Shown here one piece after another: positions 29,401 to 38,490 of a stretch of 64,000 nucleotides of DNA. The notes under the pieces were generated by a model. That model was not told the origin of the DNA. It saw only the letters and a list, made by a program, of their open reading frames with translations, and ran no database searches. The translations under genes and the position numbers were made by a program. The stretch lies in the IMG/VR virus record IMGVR_UViG_3300042691_041259, positions 96,001 through 160,000 of that record; one strand, written 5' to 3'. Numbering within the stretch: the first letter of the stretch is position 1; the number at the start of each line of letters is the position of its first letter. The stretch is from a virus (taxonomy: Duplodnaviria > Caudoviricetes).

Positions 29401-31814
29401 AATATGTCTTCAATAACCATTACTACCTGTGAGTTTCCTCCGGGTAGAAGATCCGCATTACTTTGCGAAGAGATCTGTGTTATGCCTCCATAGTCGCTGA
29501 TGTTTTCTTGATTGTCAAATAGCTGTAATTGCGTAACTCTTTTAAAACTTGGAGATCCTGGAGTTCCATAATTTAATTCTTGAAGTTTATTGACTCTCTT
29601 AAAATTTCCAAATCGATCTTTTACATAAAAAAACCGAAGAGGATCATCCACCATTGAAGGCAGAGGAAACTTCCCATTTACAAATCCCGTGTACTCGGGT
29701 GTTGCTGAAGTGTTAATTGTTCCATCCGCCGGATTATGAAAATAGTCTACTGGCAGTTGTATGCCATTTGCGTTTGTTTGTACAAAAGGTTGAAGATTAT
29801 ACGGCTCTCCGTCAAGACCTAATTTTGGCAAAGGTGTTTGACCACTTATAGCGCCTAGAATTTCAGGAACAATTTCAAACTCTGCAAGCTGATTTTCTGT
29901 TACATAAAATCCATAGTATCTATTGATAGAGTACGGGGTTGCTTCCGTGTCATTAAACAAAAATTCCAAGTTGATTAGATTAGTACTAATTAAAGTATTT
30001 CTTTCAAAGCCGCTGGTAATAGTTTCCTCAAAATCGAGTATTCGATTGTCGCTTGTCCAAAAATCATTTAAGAATTCTCCTTTTCCAGTTATATTCCCAG
30101 TTGTGTAATCTATACCATACCATGTGGTAGGTGTGTCGGAACTAAAAGACACTTCAAGAGGTCGCTCTTTAAATCGTGGATCATCTACAATTTTTCTAAG
30201 ATACGTACCAAGCGGTGAAGACTCTCGCAAATCAAAAGTTTTAACAACTCTAGCGTCCTTAAAGAACTCTTGAAACTTTTCCGGATTTGTAGAATCGTGA
30301 TATGTAAGAGGGTTCAGCGGATGATCCAATCTAAATATCACAAAGAATTCCGGCAATTGTTTTCTCATCCAAAGAGGCGCCAGGAAAGTATAGTCTTCGT
30401 CATAGAATTTACTGTTTAACTGTTCTATGCCGTAATTGTAAAAGTTATCATATTGTTCGCTTAGCGATCTTTTTGTATTAAGATATTGATCATCCTTTTG
30501 ATACAGCTGATACAGTAGCTGTGGAGACAGTTTTCCTTGATCTAAGAAATAAAAGAGATCTCTTTGAAAAGTTGAATTTGAACTTATAGCGTATTTCTTA
30601 AATCTCGAGTTTGAAAGCTCCTCTGACGCATTAATAGAATTAAGCCATAAGGCTCCGCCAGAATCCACAGTAAGTTTAACATTACCTGTAAGCTTTGGAT
30701 TTGTCTTAAGTACACCATATGAAGTAAGGTCATCATAAATTTCCGACCCTGTATTAGGAAACTCATTTTGATAAGTTGTGCGCGTAGTTTTTACATCCGT
30801 TTCCGGGTAACCAAAAAGATGTAATTCGTGATAGTCAACTAAATGCTCTGTTGCAAGATCCGCTTGGGCCAATTTTTGTCCATAATTAACAGTAGCTCTT
30901 GCAATTTCTGCAGACATAGTTGGATCTGCGTCCCAAACAAAAGGAGCGGTAGCTGATGAATCTGTTTTTGCTATTAAAAAGTTTATCTTTAAATGCGAAT
31001 TGGCAACACCATCATAATCTATTCTGTAAGTTATTCTAGGAGGATTTGGATCAATCGTATTTTTTCGATAACTTGACCAAGGATTAACGACCCCTGAAAC
31101 AATTCTAGTAAAATAATCCGTGCTTGCTGGCCAATCATCGGTAGGCGTTTGGCCATCAAATTGATTAGGCCCTATTGGCGATGGATTATAGTATACTGGA
31201 GGAGCGCTTATCAAACTTTGTTCTGCAACGACTGCTGCGCTAATTTGATTGATTTGCCAATTGTTGTCCTCTTTCCAGTTACCAATTTGCATTAAAAAGC
31301 CTTCTCCTTGAATTTGGTCAATGCCAGAGTATGCCGAATCTATTGCAATGTAATAATAATAGGTTCCACTGATAAGATATCTGCCTTTTTCAACAACTTT
31401 TGATTGGAACCTCATAACATTTATAGGTCCTGCATATGATGACGCGGTTGATAAACCCGGAGGGGTTCTAGCGTACATAGAGACCGTTTTTATATCGTCT
31501 CCAATTTGAATAGCTTCCCATGAAGCCTTTTCAAAGGCTTTTCCAGTTTTTGCAAATTCGGAAAAATAGAATCTAAATTGAGTAGGCTCTGGCTGAGGCA
31601 TTGGCGACTCTGGAATCACGGTCATGGCCTCAAATTTCGATTCAAAAGTCTGTGGCTGTATGTATGGAGAAGCCCAAAGAGTTTCACCGTCAGCCCACGC
31701 GGTGCCGGTTGCAGGGTCCGGATCATTTGCCTCTATGCTAAGAAAAAGAGTTGTTCTGCCTTGCACAACAACCTCTTTCTCAAAATTTACTCTGTAGAAA
31801 TTTGAATTACGCAT
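23427..31814 (-). CDS. Giant virion structural protein (baseplate/tail associated)
   Basis: 2795 aa uninterrupted; three copies of a ~65-aa beta module; GxGY-type module; tail-cluster context. Confidence 0.6.
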   Translation of the reverse strand: MRNSNFYRVNFEKEVVVQGRTTLFLSIEANDPDPATGTAWADGETLWASPYIQPQTFESKFEAMTVIPESPMPQPEPTQFRFYFSEFAKTGKAFEKASWEAIQIGDDIKTVSMYARTPPGLSTASSYAGPINVMRFQSKVVEKGRYLISGTYYYYIAIDSAYSGIDQIQGEGFLMQIGNWKEDNNWQINQISAAVVAEQSLISAPPVYYNPSPIGPNQFDGQTPTDDWPASTDYFTRIVSGVVNPWSSYRKNTIDPNPPRITYRIDYDGVANSHLKINFLIAKTDSSATAPFVWDADPTMSAEIARATVNYGQKLAQADLATEHLVDYHELHLFGYPETDVKTTRTTYQNEFPNTGSEIYDDLTSYGVLKTNPKLTGNVKLTVDSGGALWLNSINASEELSNSRFKKYAISSNSTFQRDLFYFLDQGKLSPQLLYQLYQKDDQYLNTKRSLSEQYDNFYNYGIEQLNSKFYDEDYTFLAPLWMRKQLPEFFVIFRLDHPLNPLTYHDSTNPEKFQEFFKDARVVKTFDLRESSPLGTYLRKIVDDPRFKERPLEVSFSSDTPTTWYGIDYTTGNITGKGEFLNDFWTSDNRILDFEETITSGFERNTLISTNLINLEFLFNDTEATPYSINRYYGFYVTENQLAEFEIVPEILGAISGQTPLPKLGLDGEPYNLQPFVQTNANGIQLPVDYFHNPADGTINTSATPEYTGFVNGKFPLPSMVDDPLRFFYVKDRFGNFKRVNKLQELNYGTPGSPSFKRVTQLQLFDNQENISDYGGITQISSQSNADLLPGGNSQVVMVIEDILKNETPIADYETFEISLEKLSSEQRDYYYRITIINTPGGDIEYDVQKNDTGVFGSLPEDYLTTGFTGTNSPSWVDSYLVVKFLGSPTVGDSFEVRVQNGNIVSQNRVVGLNTDLECYGETEYLQYKWILEANPVGLSPGEGWDYPVYDPQTRDYKNTFSNRGTPAQVAQAIAQCINSFEYCIVKAESLGDSVYIKSLENFENGNKITIKRRLKENISVPRNTGFYEKGNANRGSFTADVLTGRIDSITGITSTANGYTTGSYYDVPSSVSPIGGVAANFDIVVDGTGSISSVTIAYGGFGYSDTDTVTIDKDLIGGAALSADIDLAITTASVPELSFQMKEYTPVYTVSDYFISSTQISTTPDQWSVNIRKGVDPYNPYVTGTSTTYISPADSTVLKIDEFSIDLAGTGNFSALIHFEWGTDHLSQYFVGGVRRNRARAAISFEDGKRYYSDRNTNFIGSIALASDQITSVTFPNSLYVGAPISGSGISVGSVILELRENTSTVVISKNATETASSVSFKAGEISITNDKEVYQQWFQVQKGNYSRLRGWDVQGKYVYSLPYLENSDFSDYNIYSIIQIDKDRDEFYYTLDKKVVAYQVYRPTFGIFSLLPIKTFDVDTYFSEYSYAPTIELLRYFNREEVGSVFVPFVGNVTNGSDIINNITFPNDLFVGMPLRDSTFAVGGPYIQADTTIIEVTPAVLPALGSIKISKPALASSLTAALSAGTLNFTDPINLNMGENYDVSIIVEDYTGSPLDTINLELDIEFFDNNDKKWKFVDRTVSILHIDPLAGSTPIANNVEQAKSLQTLMMNTTYPPYFYDVLEIPNDYLGDATPPLGPFNAANPQGANPGQDNKGPQYTAVGTRNFVRKLLHTDGTNESFFTKARISAINVWGDYNTSDDPTTAIKYKIRVQGSNYYKDTNITRFAGFSSLTDFLTADDLETIGRFSDDQSFEKFTYQMLLSEYDRLRENQQKDLAVKSKVVPSILKWVQEGTDARDNYYRLNNSSAFGITNFSPDPEVDFTEPLLLTHEFPYLDNVPKDFPEETLEGSRSYFFQKLSDIAYQDKSWYELLTTDNTKDWFTKYFVVGYPNEISQEKLEVPKNREERYTFFKYINGLDLSQTLFRGAKINVVDYDTTVTPKTPINESKRFDLYKFASIARFVTHGNFEEEKPIDIEVIDNQLFKTILIIVTIHVQDYRLQAGLGDYSFFYYAIDQLRNSMQTQSIGGYGAFSEFFRPVYDNVGPEAVDNKYPMEVPYTTQPTRSPGYLVTSNYFYNNSGVAPWSYYAEDIPKAFNIMRPRQLLLGGGRLELDDTKLGGKAWVGGFEDPASLITKIIFQPLTTTDGTSAYPFADTSINYYPVYQEVFPTLDNYRTSIDYYLGGWNDEFNNTFTANRTTGSNLLTGVSSPNNAYIGALVYGSGIPTGTTITAKTTSTITLSTAATSTGVGATYSFLIGYGIPFFTSSPNLEDFSYDASSMTVDGFLSEIGVASKNTFNNGRSSIVVYDSRAAADDIKLDYLAFSTPERYRSFRVSDITDINVRATTSTNVGFVTLPSNLPSYPPYPYVSASQNFVINTTYNTYQTFNLRGGSLFYQYRKNFISFASISKMFNQQSNYILHRKITTTGSVIQSNPDFSLQFVEFDKIKKLSRYFYSDDLDKPLEYENTEFIGYDLTKTKEQEFEFRHRGLYEPKTNEVISFWAREDESFTRHFETDYVLKNTHINSVSSVAGLMRNYFYNKVSDEEVLRISRTSAYKSLYPLIGEVSIDKRNLSALDSSWDASFYRKYRTTTSYADLSGTQEMLETKVFLASKAMAVPKTFEFQTFIEGEVNFEVIQPKKSIGVTTIASPNTVENNSLQTFPLLQIRLDLRTRLKRALLEGILASGSFDEFAWFNSLGISDITYTQAELDVLKSEYIEKNIIPLYEVTQILLYANNGEGLPVLELELTEADKLAAGYRTDSNFKNTSQSSFVYSLEKTLDTKAANAYSISAVLKRI

Positions 31815-34800
31815 TATCTAGTCAGCGTTTTAATGCTATTTTTATCGTATGTGATATTTTCTTTGGTTTTAACCAGAGAAGTCTGTAACTCATCCACTCT
31901 TTGAGCTGTTGATTGTCTCTTGTAAGTAGCGGAAACTTGCACATCAAAAGAAAACACCGTTGTTTCTTTTACATAGATATCTATTCCAATCTTTTTTGAA
32001 TAGTTCAATTGCGTAGGTGGAGTCCAACCAGCAGAACTGTCATAGCCACCTACGTAGCCAGTACCGGTACCGGTGTTATCACCTGCATAGTCGGTCATTC
32101 TGAATTGATATATGATAGGAATCTGAATTGCATTTGCTTCACCAGTTCCAAGATCTTTTACAGCTCGATAGTCAGTTCCATCTACTAGAAGTTGATCAAA
32201 TGTAGCAGGCGCCAATAAGAGATAAGATCCACAAGTATTTTTTCCAATCAAATAACGGTCGCCATCAATGAATCCAAATTTATCTGGCAGCAAATCTACG
32301 CTAGGCGTAAATACTGGGTTTGGTGGAATCGGTGGAATTGTTCCGGCTGGAGTTGCACCTGAATTTTCATACCAATTATTCTTGTATTGTAACTGTCTTA
32401 CATCATCGGCAGACGTATTAAAATTGTAAGCATGTCTAAAGGTAGAAACGCTTTCAGCCGATGTAGGATAGCCATCCACCGTAGTTGAAAAAATCTGCGG
32501 TGATTGCAAATATATTGGTAGCGTTCCTGTTTGAATTGCTGGATGCTGAATATGCACGCAGAAATCGTTTATCTGTCCGCCGCCTTGCGGTGCACCACCT
32601 GAATATGCTCCATTCCATATATACGACTGAATTGGAGCGGCTCCATTGATATTAGGCAGCAATCTTCTAGCAGCGTCAGTTCTGGGTTCTACATAAAGTG
32701 GCGTCGCCAAGCCTATATCAGTATATCTACTATAGAGATATTGCGATCTCAGCTGACCGCTTTGATAAAAAGCGGAGCTGAATTTGTTTGCATTGTTAGT
32801 ATCCGCTCTTGCAATTGTTGTATTTACAATTGGAACAAGATCGTACTTTCTAGCATAAATGTAATCATAGTCATTGAACGTAGTAGTAAGACCGCTATCT
32901 GGCAAATCCTGCCCAATACCGCCAGGGAATCTTGAAACAAGTTCCAGCGTTGCAGCAATAGGATTTTCCAGAGAGAGTATATAGACTTTGTTAATTACTG
33001 CGCCTCTTTGAGAAGAAGACGGAAGCAACGCTACGTAATCCGTATAATAGCCTGCAAAAAGTTTGATAGTCGAACCGTTTTGTATTTCGGTTTTTGAACT
33101 TGCATCTTTGTCTATTACAAAAACGTGTAATTCTCCTTTTGCTTGAGAAATTTTGTTTTGTATCTCCTGGATTGCAATATCTAATGCTTTTAATTTTTCA
33201 TACAGGGAAATAACTACTCCTGAAGAATCGTAAAATGATGAAGATATTACATCAGCGCTGTGAGCATAGTATTGTTCGCCAGAATTAAATGAAGAACTAA
33301 GGTGAACATCAAGTCCTTTGGCAGCCAAATCAGATTCCAATTGAACTTTTACAGCCTCTTGTCTTGCTTGAGCCAGCGCTAGTAACGCCTCGTCTTCGCC
33401 AGTGAAATCCTGTGGAAACTCAATACTAACAATGTTTGACGGAACAGAAAGCAACGGTGATACTGGCCATCCTGCTTCAGAAACTGCCACAATGTAAAAC
33501 TCAACCTTTTCGCCTTTAGTGATAGGAATATCTACCTGGTTGACGTTGATAGTGTCCGGATTTTCAATGTCCTCGCTATCCCATACGTATTTTCCAACAG
33601 TGGTATTGTAGCTTTTTGTGCGAATATCCGACTTTACCTGTTGCCAGTTGCTGAAACTTGCTCTGACTGTTTTACCAGTCGTTGAAGCTATATCAAACTG
33701 TTTTGTATCCGATGCGTTTCCTGCTGGATTAACATAACGGTAATACACATAGAATTGTATTACATTTTGGAATCCAGTCTTATCGCTATACTTTGGTGTT
33801 GGAATATCGAAGAATCCACGAACCCTGTATTTTGGAGTATCTAACGCGGCAGGCGCATCTTGTGAAGTTGCTGCAAGTTCGTTTACAATACTCGCATATA
33901 GAGAAGATTGGCTGTTCTTTTCTCGAATCAACGAATCCAACTCGTTCTTTACGCCACGACGATCTGTCTCAGAAGCAAAGTTTGTTGTATTGAGTTCTTG
34001 AGTTTTCTTATCTATTGAACTCTGTAGCTGAGTAATTAAAGCCTCAATTCTTACTTTGTCGGCAGCCTTTTTACGTATAGAAACTATTTGTGCTTGATCC
34101 AGTTTATGTTCATTAACTTGCACAACTTTAAAGTTTGCTGCATTAAGCTCAGGCGCATCAGGAGTTATACCATCCATTACTGAAATGGTATTGTTTTTGG
34201 TTGCGGCTAAGAGCTGCGATCCAAAGTCCATTACACGAGTTTGATAGTAATCTACCAGGCTTGTTGTGCCTTCTGCCAAGTCAACTGACAGATCGTTGGA
34301 ATAAAATGCAACTCCAGGAGAATACTTTGTGGATATTAAGTTTTCTTCATCATTTACATTTTTGAAGAACACTACTTGTCTTTCATCAAATCCAACTCCC
34401 ACGTTAGCGAGTTTTGGAGAAAACCGAGGTGAATAAATTGAAACAGGTTCACCTGCTACAAGAGGCTCATAGCCACGAAGCCTTTTTATTCCCACGTATC
34501 GGGTTTCGCTATTAACCTCATTGACTTCGTATATAGTCTCGCCTTTGATCAATTGATCTCCGACTTTTAAAGTCATGGTATTCTGTTGTATCGAGAGGTT
34601 ATCTGTGTATCTTAGACTGTTGAAAAGATATCTCCTTTTGGTTACCACAGTACCGTCTTGTAGAGTGACCTGTTGGTCACGATATGAAACAACAGTAAAT
34701 TCACCACTGTATCGGACTACTGAAAGAGGTAAATCGATAACTTCCTCGTCTACATAAAAAGTGTAATTGAGCCTTTGCAGTTCAATCAGAAAGTTTACGT

Positions 34801-35335
34801 AGTCAATATCATTTCTGCCTTTGATGTTTCCATCAAAGTATGTGATTTTTTCTTGAGTATCCGTATTGATGATGAGCCTTTTTACACCAATTTTGGATTC
34901 TTGCTGTGCAACATATTTTGTAACATTAAAGCTAACTTTAAGAGCCGGAGTCATCATTGACTCAAAGAACCAATTAGTTTCTGGTACAAATTTAGATGGC
35001 ACTTTCAAAGAACCTATTGGTGCTGGATCCGTAGGCGTTTTTGTTTGATAAATCCGCTTAAAAGATCCGTCAGGCATTCTGACATACGCCTCTGAGTCAA
35101 ACCCCATTAAAGTAGTTAGCGTATTATCAATTCGCGAAAGCGAACCTCGGATTCCCGAAAAGGATGGAATTGTGTATGTGCTGGTAGTCCCGTCAGCATT
35201 TGTTGTAGTTACCTGAACTACATCCGCGTCTGTTGTGACTGCTTGAGATTGTTTTGCGATAATCTCCAGAGCATTATTCTGAAGCCTAACAAACTCCGCT
35301 AGAATTGTTGAAAAACTATTACTGGTCTCTGCCAT
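31814..35335 (-). CDS. Large virion structural protein
   Basis: 1173 aa; two coiled-coil segments and an Ig/FN3-like strand pattern (KVEFYIVAVSEAGW..SNIVSIEF); TAATG coupling to the 2795-aa gene. Confidence 0.55.
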   Translation of the reverse strand: MAETSNSFSTILAEFVRLQNNALEIIAKQSQAVTTDADVVQVTTTNADGTTSTYTIPSFSGIRGSLSRIDNTLTTLMGFDSEAYVRMPDGSFKRIYQTKTPTDPAPIGSLKVPSKFVPETNWFFESMMTPALKVSFNVTKYVAQQESKIGVKRLIINTDTQEKITYFDGNIKGRNDIDYVNFLIELQRLNYTFYVDEEVIDLPLSVVRYSGEFTVVSYRDQQVTLQDGTVVTKRRYLFNSLRYTDNLSIQQNTMTLKVGDQLIKGETIYEVNEVNSETRYVGIKRLRGYEPLVAGEPVSIYSPRFSPKLANVGVGFDERQVVFFKNVNDEENLISTKYSPGVAFYSNDLSVDLAEGTTSLVDYYQTRVMDFGSQLLAATKNNTISVMDGITPDAPELNAANFKVVQVNEHKLDQAQIVSIRKKAADKVRIEALITQLQSSIDKKTQELNTTNFASETDRRGVKNELDSLIREKNSQSSLYASIVNELAATSQDAPAALDTPKYRVRGFFDIPTPKYSDKTGFQNVIQFYVYYRYVNPAGNASDTKQFDIASTTGKTVRASFSNWQQVKSDIRTKSYNTTVGKYVWDSEDIENPDTINVNQVDIPITKGEKVEFYIVAVSEAGWPVSPLLSVPSNIVSIEFPQDFTGEDEALLALAQARQEAVKVQLESDLAAKGLDVHLSSSFNSGEQYYAHSADVISSSFYDSSGVVISLYEKLKALDIAIQEIQNKISQAKGELHVFVIDKDASSKTEIQNGSTIKLFAGYYTDYVALLPSSSQRGAVINKVYILSLENPIAATLELVSRFPGGIGQDLPDSGLTTTFNDYDYIYARKYDLVPIVNTTIARADTNNANKFSSAFYQSGQLRSQYLYSRYTDIGLATPLYVEPRTDAARRLLPNINGAAPIQSYIWNGAYSGGAPQGGGQINDFCVHIQHPAIQTGTLPIYLQSPQIFSTTVDGYPTSAESVSTFRHAYNFNTSADDVRQLQYKNNWYENSGATPAGTIPPIPPNPVFTPSVDLLPDKFGFIDGDRYLIGKNTCGSYLLLAPATFDQLLVDGTDYRAVKDLGTGEANAIQIPIIYQFRMTDYAGDNTGTGTGYVGGYDSSAGWTPPTQLNYSKKIGIDIYVKETTVFSFDVQVSATYKRQSTAQRVDELQTSLVKTKENITYDKNSIKTLTR

Positions 35336-35354
35336 TTTGACCCTATTTTTGTTT

Positions 35355-35362
35355 TATTTATC
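35355..35362 (-). promoter_or_regulatory. Putative late promoter GATAAATA
   Basis: 20 nt upstream of the 35335 start; recurrent motif. Confidence 0.5.
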
Positions 35363-35384
35363 CCAGCGGTTTCTAAAGGTGAAT

Positions 35385-37625
35385 TTAGAAAATGTCCACT
35401 GAGAATGTGTATGTTGCTGGGTCTAAGCAGATAAGTTCAATAATTGGATTGTCGCCCTTGGCTATGAACTGTGCGTAAGTAATAAAGCCAATTTCTGCTG
35501 AATAAGGGAACCCCGTGTTCAATGTATCAAGAGCATCTGAGTATATGATAAAATTGAAATTGCCATTGGTATTGGACATATCAATTCCATTTTCAAAAGC
35601 TATTCTAAATACTTGTCCAGGCTGCCACTTATTGATAGTATCATCAAGGTATATGATGATATCTCTGTCAGTTACAGGAAGCGCGCTTGGTGTTCCTCCA
35701 AGTATTTTAAGGTAATTGTTATATTCTAATAGCTTACGAAGGTAACTATAAGAATTTCCATTTGTTGTAAAGTCCATTGTTCCAGAAGGAACATTGAAGT
35801 ATACCAAAGTCTTATCGGTCGGAGATGTTGCATCCCCAATAGTAAAGAGTTCTCGAGTATTGTTAATCTTCGCTCTTCCCGGATTTGACTTGTCAATAAA
35901 AATACCAGGACCTGCCTCTAAAAGATCTAAGTTATATGCGACTTCTACACTAGTCAGTCCTTTGTAGATATTATTGATTTCTTCATAGTTTCTCTCAATT
36001 AGGCCTACCAAATTTTGATTGTTGATGAAGACCTGTTGAGATTCTTGGATAAGTACAGTCAGCTCATCAAGACGTATTTGAATTTCAGCAGCAGTTTGCG
36101 AATTGATAAGTTGATTTTCAATATCATTTACCTGAGCTTGCAAAGCTATCAGTTGATCCTGGTTTGCATTAAGCAAGTCTGAAGAATTTAGAAGCTGATT
36201 GATTGCTTCCATAAACTGCGACAACGAGTACGGGTTGTAGTCATTGATGCTTGTTTCAATAGATGTATCTTGTGAGTTTACATCAAACTTAATGTTGACA
36301 CGGAAAGCAAAAGAATTACCATTGTCTCCAGTTAATGAATTAGGCTTATACTTTGTATATGTAGGAATGTATCCGCCACCACCTGTTTTTGGATCTACAT
36401 TGTCTAAGAAAAGAACGCCAAAAAGATTGGTGGTAGAATCTGTAGCATTATTCGGATCATACAGATCATAATAAAGCAAAACTGCATTAAACTCAAAAGA
36501 TTGCGCTACGGCTTGCTCGTTATATTTACCAAACTCTGTAATGTTTTGATTAGCCATGCCTGCATACGCATCAGTGCTGTAAATAAGGCTAATGCCATCA
36601 AGTCGGCTTCGAACATATTCTACTAGCTTGTTTACACTTTCAATTTTGTATCGGTCATTTCGACTATCGTTAAATGTGGTGGCAGGCTCTGTAAAGTATG
36701 TATTTGCATACGGGTTTAGTCCAAACCACCAGCTAAAAAGAGGATTTGCTGAATCTACATATGTTGCTGAAGTTGGATCGTAATAATAAAAGGTTGCAAG
36801 AGCGCCAAACGGATCGTTTACTGTAAACGTATTAAGTACTGAATCATAATATGCTTCAATACTTAGTCCTGCTGGTGAAACAGTATTAGTGTCTCTTCCA
36901 AAAAGATATGGAGCATTGAGAGGATTTGACGGGTTATTTTGAAACGCGCCAGTCTTAGGGTAGTTTGCGTCATCAACAGAATTAAACAAAACTACCGGAG
37001 TATTTCCATGGCTTGTTGGAAGATATAAATAAACCTCAGAAAAAGCATTAAAACTATTTCGAACAGAATTTATGATACTTACATCTCCAAGATACTTAAC
37101 AACCTTTTTGTAAAATATGCTATCGTCTTCTTCTACATAAACTGTAGGATTGCTAGTAACGGGACTAATTGCAGGATATTTAGTTGGATTAGATGTAATT
37201 ACGCTTTGAACGTATTCAGATGTGTTGGCTTCCCGAAAACGAATTGCACCAATTTCTTTTAGCCACTTAAAGAAAACTCTTTCTGAAACTGTTAAAGATG
37301 TGTTAGGATCATAATTTGTTTGGCCAGATAGAGTGGATTCTAAGTTCAAACAATAATTCTGGAACGATTCAGCAAAGAAATCGTTCCATGTCTTGGTTCC
37401 ATCAACCTGTTCAAATCCGCCAGGAACATTAGACAAACCTATTGTATTGATGAAAGACGGAGACGTATTTTCAATTGGTGGCAGATTCATCAAAGCATAT
37501 TTCGAAAAACGAAACTTCTTTTGTGAATCATTGAATGTTAAGCCCAAGTCTTCAGACGCAGAAGAGAACGTATAAAACGTTCCTCCTTGTAGTCTTATTG
37601 GTCTTATGAGTGGTGCAACAGCCAT
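35385..37625 (-). CDS. Putative virion structural protein
   Basis: 746 aa; central coiled coil (LNANQDQLIALQAQVNDIE..); within the structural operon. Confidence 0.55.
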   Translation of the reverse strand: MAVAPLIRPIRLQGGTFYTFSSASEDLGLTFNDSQKKFRFSKYALMNLPPIENTSPSFINTIGLSNVPGGFEQVDGTKTWNDFFAESFQNYCLNLESTLSGQTNYDPNTSLTVSERVFFKWLKEIGAIRFREANTSEYVQSVITSNPTKYPAISPVTSNPTVYVEEDDSIFYKKVVKYLGDVSIINSVRNSFNAFSEVYLYLPTSHGNTPVVLFNSVDDANYPKTGAFQNNPSNPLNAPYLFGRDTNTVSPAGLSIEAYYDSVLNTFTVNDPFGALATFYYYDPTSATYVDSANPLFSWWFGLNPYANTYFTEPATTFNDSRNDRYKIESVNKLVEYVRSRLDGISLIYSTDAYAGMANQNITEFGKYNEQAVAQSFEFNAVLLYYDLYDPNNATDSTTNLFGVLFLDNVDPKTGGGGYIPTYTKYKPNSLTGDNGNSFAFRVNIKFDVNSQDTSIETSINDYNPYSLSQFMEAINQLLNSSDLLNANQDQLIALQAQVNDIENQLINSQTAAEIQIRLDELTVLIQESQQVFINNQNLVGLIERNYEEINNIYKGLTSVEVAYNLDLLEAGPGIFIDKSNPGRAKINNTRELFTIGDATSPTDKTLVYFNVPSGTMDFTTNGNSYSYLRKLLEYNNYLKILGGTPSALPVTDRDIIIYLDDTINKWQPGQVFRIAFENGIDMSNTNGNFNFIIYSDALDTLNTGFPYSAEIGFITYAQFIAKGDNPIIELICLDPATYTFSVDIF

Positions 37626-37645
37626 TAAAGTGCTTTATCTATTTT

Positions 37646-38452
37646 TTAGAAGTAGGTTACGTCTCCGTGAGCTCCTACAACTTTCCAACCATTAGCTCCA
37701 GCGGCTAAGTCAATCCAAATACCGGTAAATTTAGCATCGGTTTGTGAATTAAGTGTTGTATTTAAGATGATATTTGATCCAACTGCAGTATTGTCAAAGG
37801 CCGGATCGAAATTGGTAGTGTTATCCAATTCAAACTGTAGGTTTGAAGGTGCATTAGTGTCAAATACAAGTGTGACAAGCTGACCAGCGTTCACAGTGCC
37901 TACAGCAGGTAGAGTTAAAACGTTAAACGATGAAGCGGTAGAAACATCTAGGTGCATAACCCTAACGGTGTCTAATATAGGTAGAACTCCTGTTGCAACC
38001 TCTGTGTTTACGGCTGGACTCTTACTATTAGCAGCAGACCATTGTTCATTTGTTTCAGAGTCATTTCCTATATACTGTAAGTCATTAACAAATGTATCAG
38101 TATTTGCGGTGTTATTAAATGTAACTGCTCCGTCAACAGTTAGTGTACTGCTAATTGTAGCCGCGCCCGTCAGACCCAGCGTTGAGCTGTTTGTTGGTGT
38201 TCCTAAATTAAGATTTCCGTCAATCTGTGCCGAACCCTGGCACAGGAAAAGATTGACTGACGCTGCTCTATTGTATCGCAGCACTTGAACATCGCCTACA
38301 TTCAAAGATCCGCCAGGTACATATGAAGTGTTAAGACGCGTTTCAAGAGTATTGATTGCGTTTTGAAGGAGTGTGAAATTGTTATTCAGAACAATTCTTG
38401 AGGCGGCAATGTTATCTCCGCCTAAGATTTCTGTGATAGTTACTGTTGCCAT
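37646..38452 (-). CDS. Putative baseplate or tail-fibre-associated protein
   Basis: 268 aa; N-terminus ITEILGGDNIAASRIVLNNNF similar to that of the 2187-aa fibre; T/N-rich beta strands. Confidence 0.55.
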   Translation of the reverse strand: MATVTITEILGGDNIAASRIVLNNNFTLLQNAINTLETRLNTSYVPGGSLNVGDVQVLRYNRAASVNLFLCQGSAQIDGNLNLGTPTNSSTLGLTGAATISSTLTVDGAVTFNNTANTDTFVNDLQYIGNDSETNEQWSAANSKSPAVNTEVATGVLPILDTVRVMHLDVSTASSFNVLTLPAVGTVNAGQLVTLVFDTNAPSNLQFELDNTTNFDPAFDNTAVGSNIILNTTLNSQTDAKFTGIWIDLAAGANGWKVVGAHGDVTYF

Positions 38453-38481
38453 TTTTTCGTATTTTTTGTGCTTTTTCTAAA

Positions 38482-38490
38482 CTATATATC
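38482..38490 (-). promoter_or_regulatory. Putative late promoter GATATATAG
   Basis: 30 nt upstream of the 38452 start; overlaps the stop codon of the glycosylase gene. Confidence 0.5.

Noticed and set aside
35370-35391. Inverted repeat TTTCTAAA-ggtgaa-TTTAGAAA as a terminator
   Set aside because: Short AT-only stem overlapping a stop codon, no clear U-tract; likely chance.
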